From Felis catus (lineage: Eukaryota), in NCBI RefSeq assembly GCF_018350175.1, contig NC_058368.1:128342001-128406000 (forward strand): a stretch of 64,000 nucleotides of DNA. Direction: 5' to 3'. Below, in pieces: positions 41,937-54,968 of this stretch. The position numbers and the translations under genes are program-made. Below the pieces are notes generated by a model that made no database searches, had not been told where the DNA came from, and was given only the letters and a program-made list of their open reading frames with translations. Position 1 is the first letter of the stretch. Each line of letters opens with the position of its first letter.

Positions 41937-42852
41937 TATCACCAATCATATTTAAAACCAAATTCATCACCATCCTGACTGACAAACCTGCAAGTCCTTA
42001 AAGGAGTCCTTATTTCTGTTACTGGTGCCACTCTCTTTCTAGAATTAATTATCTTTGATAAAGCCTAAGCTTCTTAGCTATTCTCTTCAAACTGAAAATA
42101 CAATCTCTTTAAAAAATAAGTGTTTTTTCTTTTAATTACATTGCCTAAAAATGTTTACATCCCATCTTCGCAAACAAACATATGAACTGGACATCTAGTC
42201 CTATTGGACTAGACTAACTTAAAACACTGGTGTGAGTACAATTCTTAAAAACTGCCATATAAAAGTTTTTCTTTGTATTTTATCTTTTAGCATCGTCTCA
42301 ATCATGGTAGTTTTCTACTGGGAATATTTTAATGAAAAAGGATACCAAAAAAATTAGATTATTCAACAATAAGCTTAGGTTTTCCAAAACTAACAGAATC
42401 TACCTTTGATCATCTATAGTGTCAGGGGTCATTCCACAATACTTCACATCCTAACCTTCTCACTCTCAACTAGTAATAGAACAAAATCCAGGAGACAAAG
42501 AGGCAAAAGAGTAAATTCTAGAACACAAGAGAATGAGATTATAAGGGAGTTGTCACATAAACCTACTTGTTCTGAACATATGAAAATAGGTACCATATAT
42601 ATGCCAAAGCCTCAACAGGCAAGAGTTCAACAGCTAATCTTTCCTTGTCACTGTTCTCTCAGCTACTGACACCTAAGATATTTTAAAGTACTTTCAGACC
42701 ATTGTCCCTAAGGGACCAGTAGAAAAAAGACTAAGGCTGGTGGTTCACAGATCATATCCTATTTCTGGTAGCTGCTACACCCGCCCCAGCCACCACCACC
42801 ACCATCGCCCCACTCCGCCCCGACCATCCCACTCTTTTAGTAACACACTTAC

Positions 42853-42988
42853 CATCACAAGGGGCCTCACTGGGATGTTCTCTTGTGAAGTCCCTGGTGG
42901 GGGGTCATTCCATTCTGGAAATTTTATAGCATCTTTTTGGTATGTAGGCTTCTTTGGATATGGTTTCAGGGGTGAGGAAGGAGGAAAC
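42853..42988 (-). CDS. DEPDC1B: DEPDC1B coding exon 3 (136 nt)
   Basis: Translates (R)[45 protein letters not shown], matching remembered DEPDC1B sequence after the DEP domain; acceptor tttttAG, donor GTAAGT; phase 2 to 0. Confidence 0.96.
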
Positions 42989-44117
42989 CTAAAAACCAAG
43001 AAGGAAATCTCTATTATTTCAGTCAATGGGAGACACAGATATTTTAACAATAGCCCCCCTTTCTTCTGTCCTTGATAATTTATGTAATAATTCCAAACTT
43101 CAGATAATGGAATTCTCACTATCAATCAGAGTATGAATGCTCAAATTATTACACATGGCTCACTATGCCCAACATACGATTTTTTTCAAAATTCATTCAT
43201 TATGTCTACTAGAAAACATTTATGAAAACAGGAATCAAACCTGACACATTATTAAATAAATAAATAAAAGTTGTTCTCTTATCAAATGATTTTCACGAAT
43301 AAAGATGTTCTTAATGGACTGCTGGAGCAAGCCAGTTCTTTCACCCAGCTGGAAATCCTTAATACCTCACAACTCTCTGAAATGTCTAGGTGGTACGTAT
43401 GCAAAAGAAAATATGGACCGATGAATGTTCAGCGCTACTTGCTGAGGAAGAGCATATCAGCACAAGAATCTTTTACCCTAATGTTCATTTTTATAACTGT
43501 TTCAAAAGAAGATTAATCAATCCTCTTTCCCTTGAATATGGAACACTTCACAGTGAGATGGAAGCCTCAGTCCTGGAGGAGGTGAAAGCTGCCCAGTGTC
43601 CTTCTGCCTTTTGATCCCCTCCTCTGTCCCCATACTGCCAAGTCACTGGCAACATCTCTCCTTGGACCAACACAGAGAAGCCTAAATACGCTAACTCTCC
43701 TTAAATCAGTCTAGGCCATACCTGATAAACAACAATAGAAAGGTAACTAAATACATATTTTCCTCAGAGTAACTGTTCTTGTTAGTTTGTTAGAAAAAGA
43801 CAGGCTGCAGGACATTGAAAAGGTAACACAAGATCTCTAGTTCTTCATGTTGACATGGAAGTCAGTAGGTAGTTTACTTTTCATTTATTTAAGCCAAAAT
43901 AAAGGTTTAAAATCTTATCCATGATACCTGTAGGAAAAATAATCCAAATAAACTAGAAAGATCTTATTCCTAAGGCAAATGAAGACAGAAATAGTTTTCA
44001 AATGCCTATAGTTTACCAAAAGAGTTTGTATTGAGGTGAATCAGAAGAATCACAAGTAATAAGCACTATGAAGCAACATTTCAAAAATAGTCACAATAGA
44101 CTTGAAAGGGATGGCTA

Positions 44118-44320
44118 GAGGCACCTGGGTGACTCAGTTGTTAAGTGTCCAACTTTGGCTCAGGTCATAATCTTGTAGTCCTGGGTTTGAGCCCTGAGTC
44201 CGGCTCTGTGCTAACAGCTCAGAGCCTGGAGCCTGCTTCGGATTCTGTGTCTCCCCCTCTCAATGCCCCACTTGCACGCTCTCTCTCAAAAAATAAATAA
44301 ATAAATAAACATTAAAAAAA
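44118..44320 (+). mobile_element. Can-SINE
   Basis: SINE head and tail; TSD aaag(g/t)gatggcta. Confidence 0.88.
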
Positions 44321-44542
44321 AAGTGATGGCTAATGAAGATAAGTTTCATCTTCTCTGAAAAAAATATGCAATGACTTTGCTTTATTTGAAAAGTCAATGA
44401 GAAAAAAATGAAATCATTAAATCAAATTAAAGATAAATAAACCGAAAGCTTAAATTTTTTAATCAAGTTAAAAGACAGGCATTTTCAAACAATTCCAAAA
44501 TATAAATTAAATCTCTAAAGCCCATAAAAGTCACTCTACTTC

Positions 44543-44748
44543 TTTTTTTTAATGTTTTATTTATTTTTGAGAGATAGAAAGAGTGTGAGCAGGGTAGAAG
44601 CAGACAGAGAAGGACACAGAATCCGAAGCAGGCTCCAGGCTCTTAGCTGTCAGCACAAAGCCAGATGCACGGCTTAAACCCACGAACAGTGAGATCATGA
44701 CCCGAGCCAAAGTTGGACACTTAACTGCTTGAGCCACACAGTTGCCCC
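44543..44748 (-). mobile_element. Can-SINE
   Basis: Reverse-complement SINE body. Confidence 0.88.
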
Positions 44749-44966
44749 TACTCCTTAAGTAAAGGCTGGCTTTTACTTAAGCCAGCTTATTTCTAAGAAG
44801 CCAACAATCATAACACAAGTCCTACTGCCAACATACAGCACGTAGGCACACACTCAGGTACACACAAACACTCTCACATTCAAACACACATGTGGTGTAG
44901 CAAATTGTCTCCAGGGAATTCGGAGATCACCCACTTCTCAGTTCTTTAAAAATTAAACACCATCCC

Positions 44967-45172
44967 GGGGTGCCTGGATGGCTCAGTCGGTTAGGCGTCC
45001 GACTTCAGGTCAGGTCATGACCTCACAATTCATGAGTTCAAGCTCCACATCAGGTTCTCTGCTGTCAGTGCAGAGCCCACTTTGGATACTCTCCTCTCTC
45101 TCTCTCTGCTCCTCCCCCCACTCTCTCTCTCTCACACATCCTCTCTCTCAAAAATAAACATTAAAAAAAATT
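44967..45172 (+). mobile_element. Can-SINE
   Basis: TSD taaacaccatccc. Confidence 0.88.
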
Positions 45173-46148
45173 TAAACACCATCCCTACTCCCACCCCACC
45201 ACTAACACCCACTGCTTATTCCCCAACTCTGTCAACTAAAGTGTGAAAACTTGACCTGTGCTCCAGCCCTAGTTCTCTCCGTAACAGTCTTTGTGTCCTC
45301 TGGAAAATAACAGTGTCTCTAAGTTTATTCATTTGTCAAACAAAGGGATTAAATTGGATGATCCATAAATTTCCTCCTGGGTTCAAAATGCGTTTCTTGT
45401 ATTCCCACACCCTGAAACAAGTAATAGCTTCCAAAACCCACAGCAGCAGTTCCTAAGTGGAGAACTGTGATTGAAGAGATACCAGGGAGTCACTTTCTGC
45501 CTTTGCCCTGAGAAGATGCCCTGGGAAGATCAATGACAGATGTGGTGTCTTTGCAGCCACCTGGCCAGAGATGAAATGCAGAAGAGCTCCCTCTCATGGA
45601 CTGTTTTTATTGTGTGTATTGAAAGTTTTCCATTTAATTCTAACACTTTAATCATGTCTTCTCAGGCTTCAAAGGCAGTCACAGATGATCTAATCCAACT
45701 GTCACGTTCTTTACTTATGGAAATCAAGGCCCAAAAGAGGAAAGCAACTTATTAAAAGACTCACAACTAACTGGCCATGCGAATAAACCATCTTGCACAA
45801 AAGATTTGTAGGCCCTTTAATAAGGACATCACAAAACTTTATTGAAAAACATTAATGAAGTAAATTGATAGATGTATCATATTGGTAAATAAGATTCAAT
45901 ATCAATATTCAACAGCAAAATGGCAATGTAAATATTCCTCATGAAGATATACACTTAAAGAGAAATTCTAATTAGAATATAAAGTTTTTATGAAATATGA
46001 TAAACTGATTCTAAGTTTACATGGAAATGCAAGAGGCCAAAAACAATCAAGACATTCTTAAAGAAGAGAAACAAAGCGAGGAGACTTACCCTACCAGCTA
46101 TCAAGGCTAATTAAGATAATATGGTAGGGCTATACTGATAGCATAGAC

Positions 46149-46350
46149 TATGGATTCTCAGCCTCAGCATTATTGACATTTGGGGCTGGATAATCTTGTG
46201 GTGGAGAGCTATCCTGTGTACCATAGGTTGTTTAGCAGCATCCCTGGCCTCCACCCACTAGATGCTAGTAGCACACCCTCCCAAGTGTGACAACCAAAAA
46301 TATTTCCAGACACTGTCCCCAGCAAAATGGCCCCCAGTGGAAAATCATGG
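46149..46350 (-). mobile_element. MER20 (hAT-Charlie) relic
   Basis: ttgacatttggggctggataat...tttagcagcatccctggcctccacccactagatg...gtgacaaccaaaaat is the reverse complement of MER20 as recalled. Confidence 0.85.
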
Positions 46351-46507
46351 GCCCAGACAGATAATCTAAAACAAACATACACATTTATTTAGAAACCTGG
46401 TTTATGGCAGACCAGACATTACAGATCAGTGAGAATGTATGGACTGTTCAATAAAGAGTTCTGGTCCAAGAGTTTCACACATGGGAAATGTGAAATTGCA
46501 CCCCTGC

Positions 46508-48882
46508 TGTAGACTGCACCTCCAAAGATGTTTTACAAAGGCACTTCCCTCCCACATGCTTCTCTGCAAGTGATCTTGCCACCACTCTATCAAGAGGCAG
46601 AGTGTGTTTCTCTACTCCTTTGGTTCTGGGTGAGACTCCCTCCAAGGGCTTTGGTAACTAGGATGGCAAGAGTAAGAGGGTGCCAGTTCTACAGCCTGTA
46701 TTTGCTTCAGATCATTAAGAAATAAATTTTATACTTCAAGTGTGGGAAAAAAAAAGGGGGGGGGGTGCCAGTTCTGGGCATTAGCCTTAAAATGGCCTGG
46801 AATGCCCTTCCTGCCTCTAAGAGCTTCCACTCTTCTTGCCAAGCTCCCTCTTATAGACTAGCCATCATGTAAAGAAGGGGGAGTACTCTGAGACCAGAAT
46901 ACTGCGAGGCACGTAAGCATCAAAAAGAGGTCCTAGAAGATGAGACACTGCATGGAAAGAAACTTGAGGTCAAGTATATGGCAGTTCCAGACTTGTGCAT
47001 GCAGAGGTCACCATGGAGGTGCATTTTCCAGGCTCAGCAGTCCCAGCCAATGTCCAGCTAAGACTTCCCAAACTCCTGACTCACAAAATTATGTAAAAAC
47101 AACAACTGTCTTAAGCCACTGTGTTTGGGCATAGTTTTGTTACACAACAACAGATAAGCTGAAAAGAAATTTATTTATATCAGAACAGGCAGTCAGTGGA
47201 CCTCTGAAGAGACTCAGGGAGACTTGTTACAGGAACGTGGAAGGGCTGTGAGAAGGCTGAGGTTGGAGGTATGGGAAAGACCCATGTTGCCTAGTGGCAA
47301 CAATTCCAGTCAAAATTGTCCCCTGCAGTGACATGGAAAATATGAAAGGTGGATTTGGATGAGGAGTTTTCCAAGATGAATGTTGAAAGTGCCAACCAGT
47401 CTCTTTCAGTTTTGATAACCAGGTATGGATGGACAAAGATAAACTAAAGAAGGACCACTTCAAATTTTAAGCAGAATTTAAAGGAAACATAAAAGAGCTA
47501 TGACTTGATTCATAAACAAAACTATTTCTCATCCCCAGTCTCTCTCAACAAAAGGTTCTCAAAGTAAAATGGCCTTACAACCAATATCAAATTCAAGATG
47601 TTTCTAGTAAGACATGGTCCTTGGGTACTTGCATACGTGGCTATAAAAGACTTTTACTATAACCTTAAAAAGATTTAAGGCAGTACCTTACAGATCATCT
47701 TGGTTAAAGTTAGAGTTTAAGAATCTTGAATGTGTTGTATCATGGCAGACTTATAAGTAGCCCAGGGAGAAAAGAGCCCGTTTCAAAGACACTTGTGTGA
47801 CTTTTGTCTAATGGAATAAATCAAAATAAAATTCACAGAAAAGCCACAGCACTTTTAAGACACAAATACTAGCAGAACCACCATCCACTTGGACTAAAAA
47901 GTGAACAGTTCAAAATGCAAAAAAAAACAGTCAAGAATCTCAAGCTTCTGTAAGCGGGAAGTTTATCAGAAAGTTATTTCACTGCAAACATGAGCCATTC
48001 TTTATGGAAAAGGAAAAATGACTAAGTGTGCAGAGACAAGACTCTAGGGGGAAGAGCCAGGAACCATGTACCATCACTCACAGGAAGCAGAACTGGGCGC
48101 TAATCAAGGAATGGCAGACACATGTTCAACTGCATTTTAGAAGTGCTATGGGCTAACACTGTTTTATGTGATGCCATAATGGGACAAATTTAGAGAGTCA
48201 TGATGCAGAGGATGAATGCAGTTTGCCAATGAATGCCATTGTGGCCAAAGTGTATTTTGCAAGAATGGCCACAACAGTATTGCCCATCCTTCCCCAATGT
48301 GACTCTTCTCCAGTGTGACTCTTCCTCAGTGTAACTTTGATGAGGTCAAATATTCAACAGGATGAGATGATTTCACTACCTCTTTGATTTCTCTACCTCT
48401 TTCTCTACCCTTTGGCTGCTTTGACAAATAGAATATGGCAGAAGTGACACTTTACTGATTCCAGGAATAGACCTTACCTAGCTGGCAGTTTCCTCTTTTA
48501 GCCTATTGTAAATACTTGCTCTTGGGATGCTCATTCTTGGGACATAACCTCTTGGAAGCCAGCCACCATATAAGAATAGTGACCACCCTAACACCACCAT
48601 GTCATGAAAAGTATAACCCATGTGAAAATGCCCAATACGATCAAACCTCATGTGAAAAGAGAGAGGGGCCAAGAAGCACAAAGGCACCAACCACAACTCT
48701 GAGCAGAGAAAGAAGTCATCTTGGAAGTGAATTGTGCAGCCCAACTGATGCTTTATGGGTAATGGGCAAACTGCCAGATGTGCTCTTTCTCAATTCTTGA
48801 CACAAAATTATGAGCAGAATAAAATGCTTAAAGCCACTAATGTTTGAGATAGGTTGTTTCTCAGAATGAGAATACCAGAACA
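46508..48882 (+). mobile_element. MaLR (MLT1-like) LTR / internal / LTR remnant
   Basis: Two LTR-like blocks (~46508-47162 and ~48240-48882) ending in aagccact...tttg...gtt, flanking MLT-int-like sequence. Confidence 0.6.
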
Positions 48883-49018
48883 ATCCCAAATTCACACCAT
48901 GAATAAAAATCATCGGTAAAAACCTTAAAATTTAGAATACAATATAAGAAAATATCTCTCTGACTTTCAGTAATAAAAGGACTCTTGTTAAGCAAGATAC
49001 AAAAACCATAAAGTAAAT

Positions 49019-49237
49019 GGGGCGCCTGGGTGATTTAGTCAGTTGAGCACCCGACTTGGGCTCAGGTCATGATCTCATGGCTCGTGAGGTCGAGTCCCAT
49101 GTTGGGCTCTGTGCTGACAGCTCAGAGCCTAGAGCCTGCTTCAGATTCTGTCTCTCATTCTCTCTGCCCCTCCCCTGTTTGTGCTCGCCACCACCCCCAT
49201 CTCTGTCTCAAAAATAAATAAATATTTTAAAAACTTT
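49019..49237 (+). mobile_element. Can-SINE immediately upstream of the young L1
   Basis: ggggcgcctgggtg head, CT tract, tail. Confidence 0.88.
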
Positions 49238-49272
49238 AAAACAACATAAACTATTAAAAAAAAGATTGACAC

Positions 49273-50199
49273 GGAGAAGCGGCAAGATGGCGGCTTAGGA
49301 GGGCGCTGGGCTCACCGCGCGTCCTGCTGATCACTTAGATTCCACCTACACCTGCCTAAATAACGCAGAAAACCGCCAGAGGATTAGCAGAATGGAGTCG
49401 CCGGAGCCAAACGCAGACGAGAGGCCCACGGAAGAGGGTAGGAAGGGCGGCAAGGCGGCGCGCTCCACGGACTGGCGGGAGGGAGCCGGGGCGGAGGGGC
49501 GGCTCGCCGGCCAAGCAGAGCCCCCGAGTCTGGCTGGCAAAAGCGGAGGGGCCTGACGGACTGTGTTCCCACAACAAGCGCGACTTAGCGTCTGGGAGGA
49601 CATAAGTTAACAGCTCTGCTCGGAAAGCGGGAAGGCTGGAGGACAAAGGGAGGGAGAGCTGCTGAGCCCCCTGACGACAGAGCTCAGCTTGGTGGGGAAC
49701 AAAGGCGCTCGCCAGCGCCATCTCCCCCGCCCATCCCCCAGCCAAAATCCCAAAGAGAACCAGTTCCTGCCAGGGAACTTGCTCGCTCCACGCAAACACC
49801 CAACTCTGTGCTTCTGCGGAGCCAAACCTCTGGCAGCGGATCTGACTCCCTCCCGCTGCCACAGGGCCCCTCCTGAAGAGGATCACCTAAGGAGAAGCGA
49901 TCTAAGCCTGCCCCTCCTGCCCCCGTGCACCTTGCCTACCCACCCCAGCTAATACGCCAGATCCCCAGCATCACAAGCCTGGCAGTGTGCAAGTAGCCCA
50001 GACGGGCCACACCACCCCACAGTGAATCCCGCCCCTAGGAGAGGGGAAGAGAAGGCACACACCAGTCTGACTGTGGCCCCAGCGGTGGGCTGGGGGCAGA
50101 CATCAGGTCGGACTGCGGCCCCGCCCACCAACTCCAGTTATACACCACAACACAGGGGAAGTGCCCTGCAGGTCCTCACCACGCCAGGGACTATCCAAA
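49273..50199 (+). promoter_or_regulatory. L1 5'UTR internal Pol II promoter (CpG-rich) with YY1-type motif
   Basis: CAAGATGGCGG at 49283-49293; dense CpGs in otherwise CpG-poor DNA. Confidence 0.8.
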
Positions 50200-51093
50200 A
50201 TGACCAAGCGGAAGAATTCCCCTCAGAAGAATCTCCAGGAAATAACAACAGCTAATGAGCTGATCAAAAAGGATTTAAATAATATAACAGAAAGTGAATT
50301 TAGAATAATAGTCATAAAATTAATCACTGGGCTTGAAAACAGTATACAGGACAGCAGAGAATCTCTTGCTACAGAGATCAAGGGACTAAGGAACAGTCAC
50401 GAGGAGCTGAAAAACGCTTTAAACGAAATGCATAACAAAATGGAAACCACCACAGCTCGGCTTGAAGAGGCAGAGGAGAGAATAGGTGAACTAGAGGATA
50501 AAGTTATGGAAAAAGAGGAAGCTGAGAAAAAGAGAGATAAAAAAATCCAGGAGTATGAGGGGAAAATTAGAGAACTAAGTGATACACTAAAAAGAAATAA
50601 TATACGCATAATTGGTATCCCAGAGGAGGAAGAGAGAGGGAAAGGTGCTGAAGGGGTACTTGAAGAAATCATAGCTGAGAACTTCCCTGAACTGGGGAAG
50701 GAAAAAGGCATTGAAATCCAAGAGGCACAGAGAACTCCCTTCAGACGTAACTTGAATCGATCTTCTGCACGACATATCATAGTGAAACTGGCAAAATACA
50801 AGGATAAAGAGAAAATTCTGAAAGCAGCAAGGGGTAAACATGCCCTCACATATAAAGGGAGACCTATAAGACTCGTGACTGATCTCTCTTTTGAAACTTG
50901 GCAGGCCAGAAAGAATTGGCACGAGATTTTCAGGGTGCTAGACAGAAAAAATATGCAGCCGAGAATCCTTTACCCAGCAAGTCTGTCATTTAGAATAGAA
51001 GGAGAGATAAAGGTCTTCCCAAACAAACAAAAACGGAAGGAATTTGTCACCACTAAACCAGCCCTACAAGAGATCCTAAGGGGGACCCTGTGA
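50200..51093 (+). CDS. L1 ORF1p (297 aa; coiled coil, RRM, CTD)
   Basis: ATG at 50200 (MTKRKNSPQ...), heptad-rich region, [19 protein letters not shown] and YPASLSF motifs; uninterrupted. Confidence 0.95.
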   Translation: MTKRKNSPQKNLQEITTANELIKKDLNNITESEFRIIVIKLITGLENSIQDSRESLATEIKGLRNSHEELKNALNEMHNKMETTTARLEEAEERIGELEDKVMEKEEAEKKRDKKIQEYEGKIRELSDTLKRNNIRIIGIPEEEERGKGAEGVLEEIIAENFPELGKEKGIEIQEAQRTPFRRNLNRSSARHIIVKLAKYKDKEKILKAARGKHALTYKGRPIRLVTDLSFETWQARKNWHEIFRVLDRKNMQPRILYPASLSFRIEGEIKVFPNKQKRKEFVTTKPALQEILRGTL

Positions 51094-51143
51094 GACAAAG
51101 TCCCAGAGACATCACTACAAGCATAAAACATACAGACATCACA

Positions 51144-54100
51144 ATGACTCTAAACCCGCATCTTTCTATAATAACACTGAATGTAAATGGATTAAATGCG
51201 CCAACCAAAAGACATAGGGTATCAGAATGGATAAAAAAACAAGACCCATCTATTTGCTGTCTACAAGAGACTCATTTGAGACCTGAGGACACCTTTAGAT
51301 TGAGAGTGAGGGGATGGAGAACTATTTATCATGCGACTGGAAGCCAAAAGAAAGCTGGAGTAGCCATACTTATATCAGACAAACTAGACTTTAAATTAAA
51401 GGCTGTAACAAGAGATGAAGAAGGACATTATATAATAGTTACAGGGTCTATCCATCAGGAAGAGCTAACAATTATAAATGTCTATGCGCCGAATACCGGA
51501 GCCCCCAAATATATAAAACAATTACTCATAAACATAAGCAACCTTATTGATAAGAATGTGGTAATTGCAGGGGACTTTAACACCCCACTTACAGAAATGG
51601 ACAGATCATCTAGACACACGGTCAATAAAGAAACAAGGGCCCTGAATGAGACATTGGATCAGATGGACTTGACAGATATATTTAGAACGCTGCATCCCAA
51701 AGCAACAGAATATACTTTCTTCTCGAGTGCACATGGAACATTCTCCAAGATAGATCATATACTGGGTCACAAAACAGCCCTTCATAAGTTTACAAGAATT
51801 GAAATTATACCATGCATACTTTCAGACCACAATGCTATGAAGCTTGAAATCAACCATAGAAAAAAGTCTGGAAAACCTCCAAAGGCATGGAGGTTAAAGA
51901 ACACCCTACTAACGAATGAGTGGGTCAACCAGGCAATTAGAGAAGACATTAAAAAATATATGGAAACAAACGAAAATGAAAATACAACAATCCAAACGCT
52001 TTGGGACGCAGCGAAGGCAGTCCTGAGAGGAAAATACATTGCAATCCAGGCCTATCTCAAGAAACAAGAAAAATCCCAAATACAAAATCTAACAGCACAC
52101 CTAAAGGAACTAGAAGCAGAACAGCAAAGGCAGCCTAAACCCAGCAGAAGAAGAGAAATAATAAAGATCAGAGCAGAAATAAACAATATAGAATCTAAAA
52201 AAACTGTAGAGCAGATCAACGAAACCAAGAGTTGGTTTTTTGAAAAAATAAACAAAATTGACAAACCTCTAGCCAGGCTTCTCAAAAATAAAAGGGAAAT
52301 GACCCAAATAGATAAAATCATGAATGAAAATGGAATTATTACAACCAATCCCTCAGAGATACAAACAATTATCAGGGAATACTATGAAAAATTATATGCC
52401 AACAAATTGGACAACCTGGAAGAAATGGACAAATTCCTGAACACCCACAATCTTCCAAAACTCAATCAGGAGGAAATAGAAAGCTTGAACAGACCCATAA
52501 CCAGCGAAGAAATTGAATCGGTTATCAAAAATCTCCCAACAAATAAGAGTCCAGGACCAGATGGCTTCCCAGGGGAGTTCTACCAGACGTTTAAAGCAGA
52601 GATAATACCTATCCTTCTCAAGCTATTCCAAGAAATAGAAAGGGAAGGAAAACTTCCAGACTCATTCTATGAAGCCAGTATTACTATGATTCCTAAACCA
52701 GACAGAGACCCAGTAAAAAAAGAGAACTACAGGCCAATATCCCTGATGAATATGGATGCAAAAATTCTCAATAAGATACTAGCAAATCGAATTCAACGGC
52801 ATATAAAAAGAATTATTCACCATGATCAAGTGGGATTCATTCCTGGGATGCAGGGCTGGTTCAACATTCGCAAATCAATCAATGTGATACATCACATTAA
52901 CAAAAAAAAAGAGAAGAACCATATGATCCTGTCAATCGATGCAGAAAAGGCCTTTGACAAAATCCAGCACCCTTTCTTAATAAAAACCCTTGAGAAAGTC
53001 GGGATAGAAGGAACACACTTAAACATCATAAAAGCCATTTATGAAAAGCGCACAGCTAACATCATCCTCAACAGGGAAAAACTGAGAGCTTTTTCCCTGA
53101 GATCAGGAACACGACAAGGATGCCCACCCTCACCGCTGCTGTTTAACATAGTGCTGGAAGTTCTAGCATCAGCAATCAGACAACAAAAGGAAATCAAAGG
53201 CATCAAAATTGGCAAAGACGAAGTCAAGCTTTCGCTTTTTGCAGATGACATGATATTATACATGGAAAATCTGATAGACTCCACCAAAAGTCTACTAGAA
53301 CTGATACATGAATTCAGCAAAGTTGCAGGATACAAAATCAATGTACAGAAATCAGTTGCATTCTTATACACTAACAATGAAGCAACAGAAAGACAAATAA
53401 AGAAACTGATCCCATTCACAATTGCACCAAGAAGCATAAAATACCTAGGAATAAATCTAACCAAAGATGTAAAGGATCTGTATGCTGAAAACTATAGAAA
53501 GCTTATGAAGGAAATTGAAGAAGATTTAAAGAAATGGAAAGACATTCCCTGCTCATGGATTGGAAAAATAAATATTGTCAAAATGTCAATACTACCCAAA
53601 GCTATCTACACATTCAATGCAATCCCAATCAAAATTGCACCAGCATTCTTCTCGAAACTAGAACAAGCAATCCTAAAATTCATATGGAACCACAAAAGGC
53701 CCCGAATAGCCAAAGGAATTTTGAAGAAGAAGACCAAAGCAGGAGGCATCACGATCCCATACTTTAGCCTCTACTACAAAGCTGTCATCATCAAGACAGC
53801 ATGGTATTGGCACAGAAACAGACACATAGACCAATGGAATAGAATAGAAACCCCAGAACTAGACCCACAGACATATGGCCAACTCATCTTTGACAAAGCA
53901 GGAAAGAACATCCAATGGAAAAAAGACAGCCTCTTTAACAAATGGTGCTGGGAGAACTGGACAGCAACATGCAGAAGGTTGAAACTAGACCACTTTCTCA
54001 CACCATTCACAAAAATAAACTCAAAATGGATAAAGGACCTAAATGTGAGACAGGAAACCATCAAAACCTTAGAGGAGAAAGCAGGAAAAGACCTCTCTGA

Positions 54101-54968
54101 CCTCAGCCGTAGCAATCTCTTACTCGACACATCCCCAAAGGCAAGGGAATTAAAAGCAAAAGTGAATTACTGGGACCTTATGAAGATAAAAAGCTTCTGC
54201 ACAGGAAAGGAAACAACCAACAAAACTAAAAGGCAACCAACGGAATGGGAAAAGATATTCGCAAATGACATATCGGACAAAGGGCTAGTATCCAAAATCT
54301 ATAAAGAGCTCACCAAACTCCACACCCGAAAAACAAATAACCCAGTGAAGAAATGGGCAGAAAACATGAATAGACACTTCTCTAAAGAAGACATCCGGAT
54401 GGCCAACAGGCACATGAAAAGATGTTCAGCGTCGCTCCTTATCAAGGAAATACAAATCAAAACCACACTCAGGTATCACCTCACGCCAGTCAGAGTGGCC
54501 AAAATGAACAAATCAGGAGACTCTAGATGCTGGAGAGGATGTGGAGAAACGGGAACCCTCTTGCACTGTTGGTGGGAATGCAAATTGGTGCAGCCGCTCT
54601 GGAAAGCAGTGTGGAGGTTCCTCAGAAAATTAAAAATAGACCTACCCTATGACCCAGCAATAGCACTGCTAGGAATTTATCCAAGGGATACAGGAGTACT
54701 GATGCATAGGGCCACTTGTACCCCAATGTTCATAGCAGCACTCTCAACAATAGCCAAATTATGGAAAGAGCCTAAATGTCCATCAACTGATGAATGGATA
54801 AAGAAATTGTGGTTTATATACACAATGGAATATTACGTGGCAATGAGAAAAAATGAAATATGGCCTTTTGTAGCAACGTGGATGGAACTGGAGAGTGTGA
54901 TGCTAAGTGAAATAAGCCATACAGAGAAAGACAGATACCATATGGTTTCACTCTTATGTGGACCCTGA
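51144..54968 (+). CDS. L1 ORF2p (1274 aa; APE endonuclease, reverse transcriptase, CCHC)
   Basis: ATG at 51144 ([17 protein letters not shown]); QETH, GDFN and SDH endonuclease motifs; FADD RT motif; CWRGC...HCWWEC; no stops. Confidence 0.97.
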   Translation: MTLNPHLSIITLNVNGLNAPTKRHRVSEWIKKQDPSICCLQETHLRPEDTFRLRVRGWRTIYHATGSQKKAGVAILISDKLDFKLKAVTRDEEGHYIIVTGSIHQEELTIINVYAPNTGAPKYIKQLLINISNLIDKNVVIAGDFNTPLTEMDRSSRHTVNKETRALNETLDQMDLTDIFRTLHPKATEYTFFSSAHGTFSKIDHILGHKTALHKFTRIEIIPCILSDHNAMKLEINHRKKSGKPPKAWRLKNTLLTNEWVNQAIREDIKKYMETNENENTTIQTLWDAAKAVLRGKYIAIQAYLKKQEKSQIQNLTAHLKELEAEQQRQPKPSRRREIIKIRAEINNIESKKTVEQINETKSWFFEKINKIDKPLARLLKNKREMTQIDKIMNENGIITTNPSEIQTIIREYYEKLYANKLDNLEEMDKFLNTHNLPKLNQEEIESLNRPITSEEIESVIKNLPTNKSPGPDGFPGEFYQTFKAEIIPILLKLFQEIEREGKLPDSFYEASITMIPKPDRDPVKKENYRPISLMNMDAKILNKILANRIQRHIKRIIHHDQVGFIPGMQGWFNIRKSINVIHHINKKKEKNHMILSIDAEKAFDKIQHPFLIKTLEKVGIEGTHLNIIKAIYEKRTANIILNREKLRAFSLRSGTRQGCPPSPLLFNIVLEVLASAIRQQKEIKGIKIGKDEVKLSLFADDMILYMENLIDSTKSLLELIHEFSKVAGYKINVQKSVAFLYTNNEATERQIKKLIPFTIAPRSIKYLGINLTKDVKDLYAENYRKLMKEIEEDLKKWKDIPCSWIGKINIVKMSILPKAIYTFNAIPIKIAPAFFSKLEQAILKFIWNHKRPRIAKGILKKKTKAGGITIPYFSLYYKAVIIKTAWYWHRNRHIDQWNRIETPELDPQTYGQLIFDKAGKNIQWKKDSLFNKWCWENWTATCRRLKLDHFLTPFTKINSKWIKDLNVRQETIKTLEEKAGKDLSDLSRSNLLLDTSPKARELKAKVNYWDLMKIKSFCTGKETTNKTKRQPTEWEKIFANDISDKGLVSKIYKELTKLHTRKTNNPVKKWAENMNRHFSKEDIRMANRHMKRCSASLLIKEIQIKTTLRYHLTPVRVAKMNKSGDSRCWRGCGETGTLLHCWWECKLVQPLWKAVWRFLRKLKIDLPYDPAIALLGIYPRDTGVLMHRATCTPMFIAALSTIAKLWKEPKCPSTDEWIKKLWFIYTMEYYVAMRKNEIWPFVATWMELESVMLSEISHTEKDRYHMVSLLCGP

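Noticed and set aside
51057..51143. ORF2 frame is open upstream and overlaps the ORF1 stop (possible -1 frameshift fusion or GTG start at 51090)
   Set aside because: No canonical slippery heptamer; the ATG at 51144 matches the usual ORF2 start, and L1 ORF2 is known to use termination-reinitiation.
50397..54130. Minus-strand ORFs inside the L1 coding region
   Set aside because: Typical antisense shadows of A-rich L1 ORFs.
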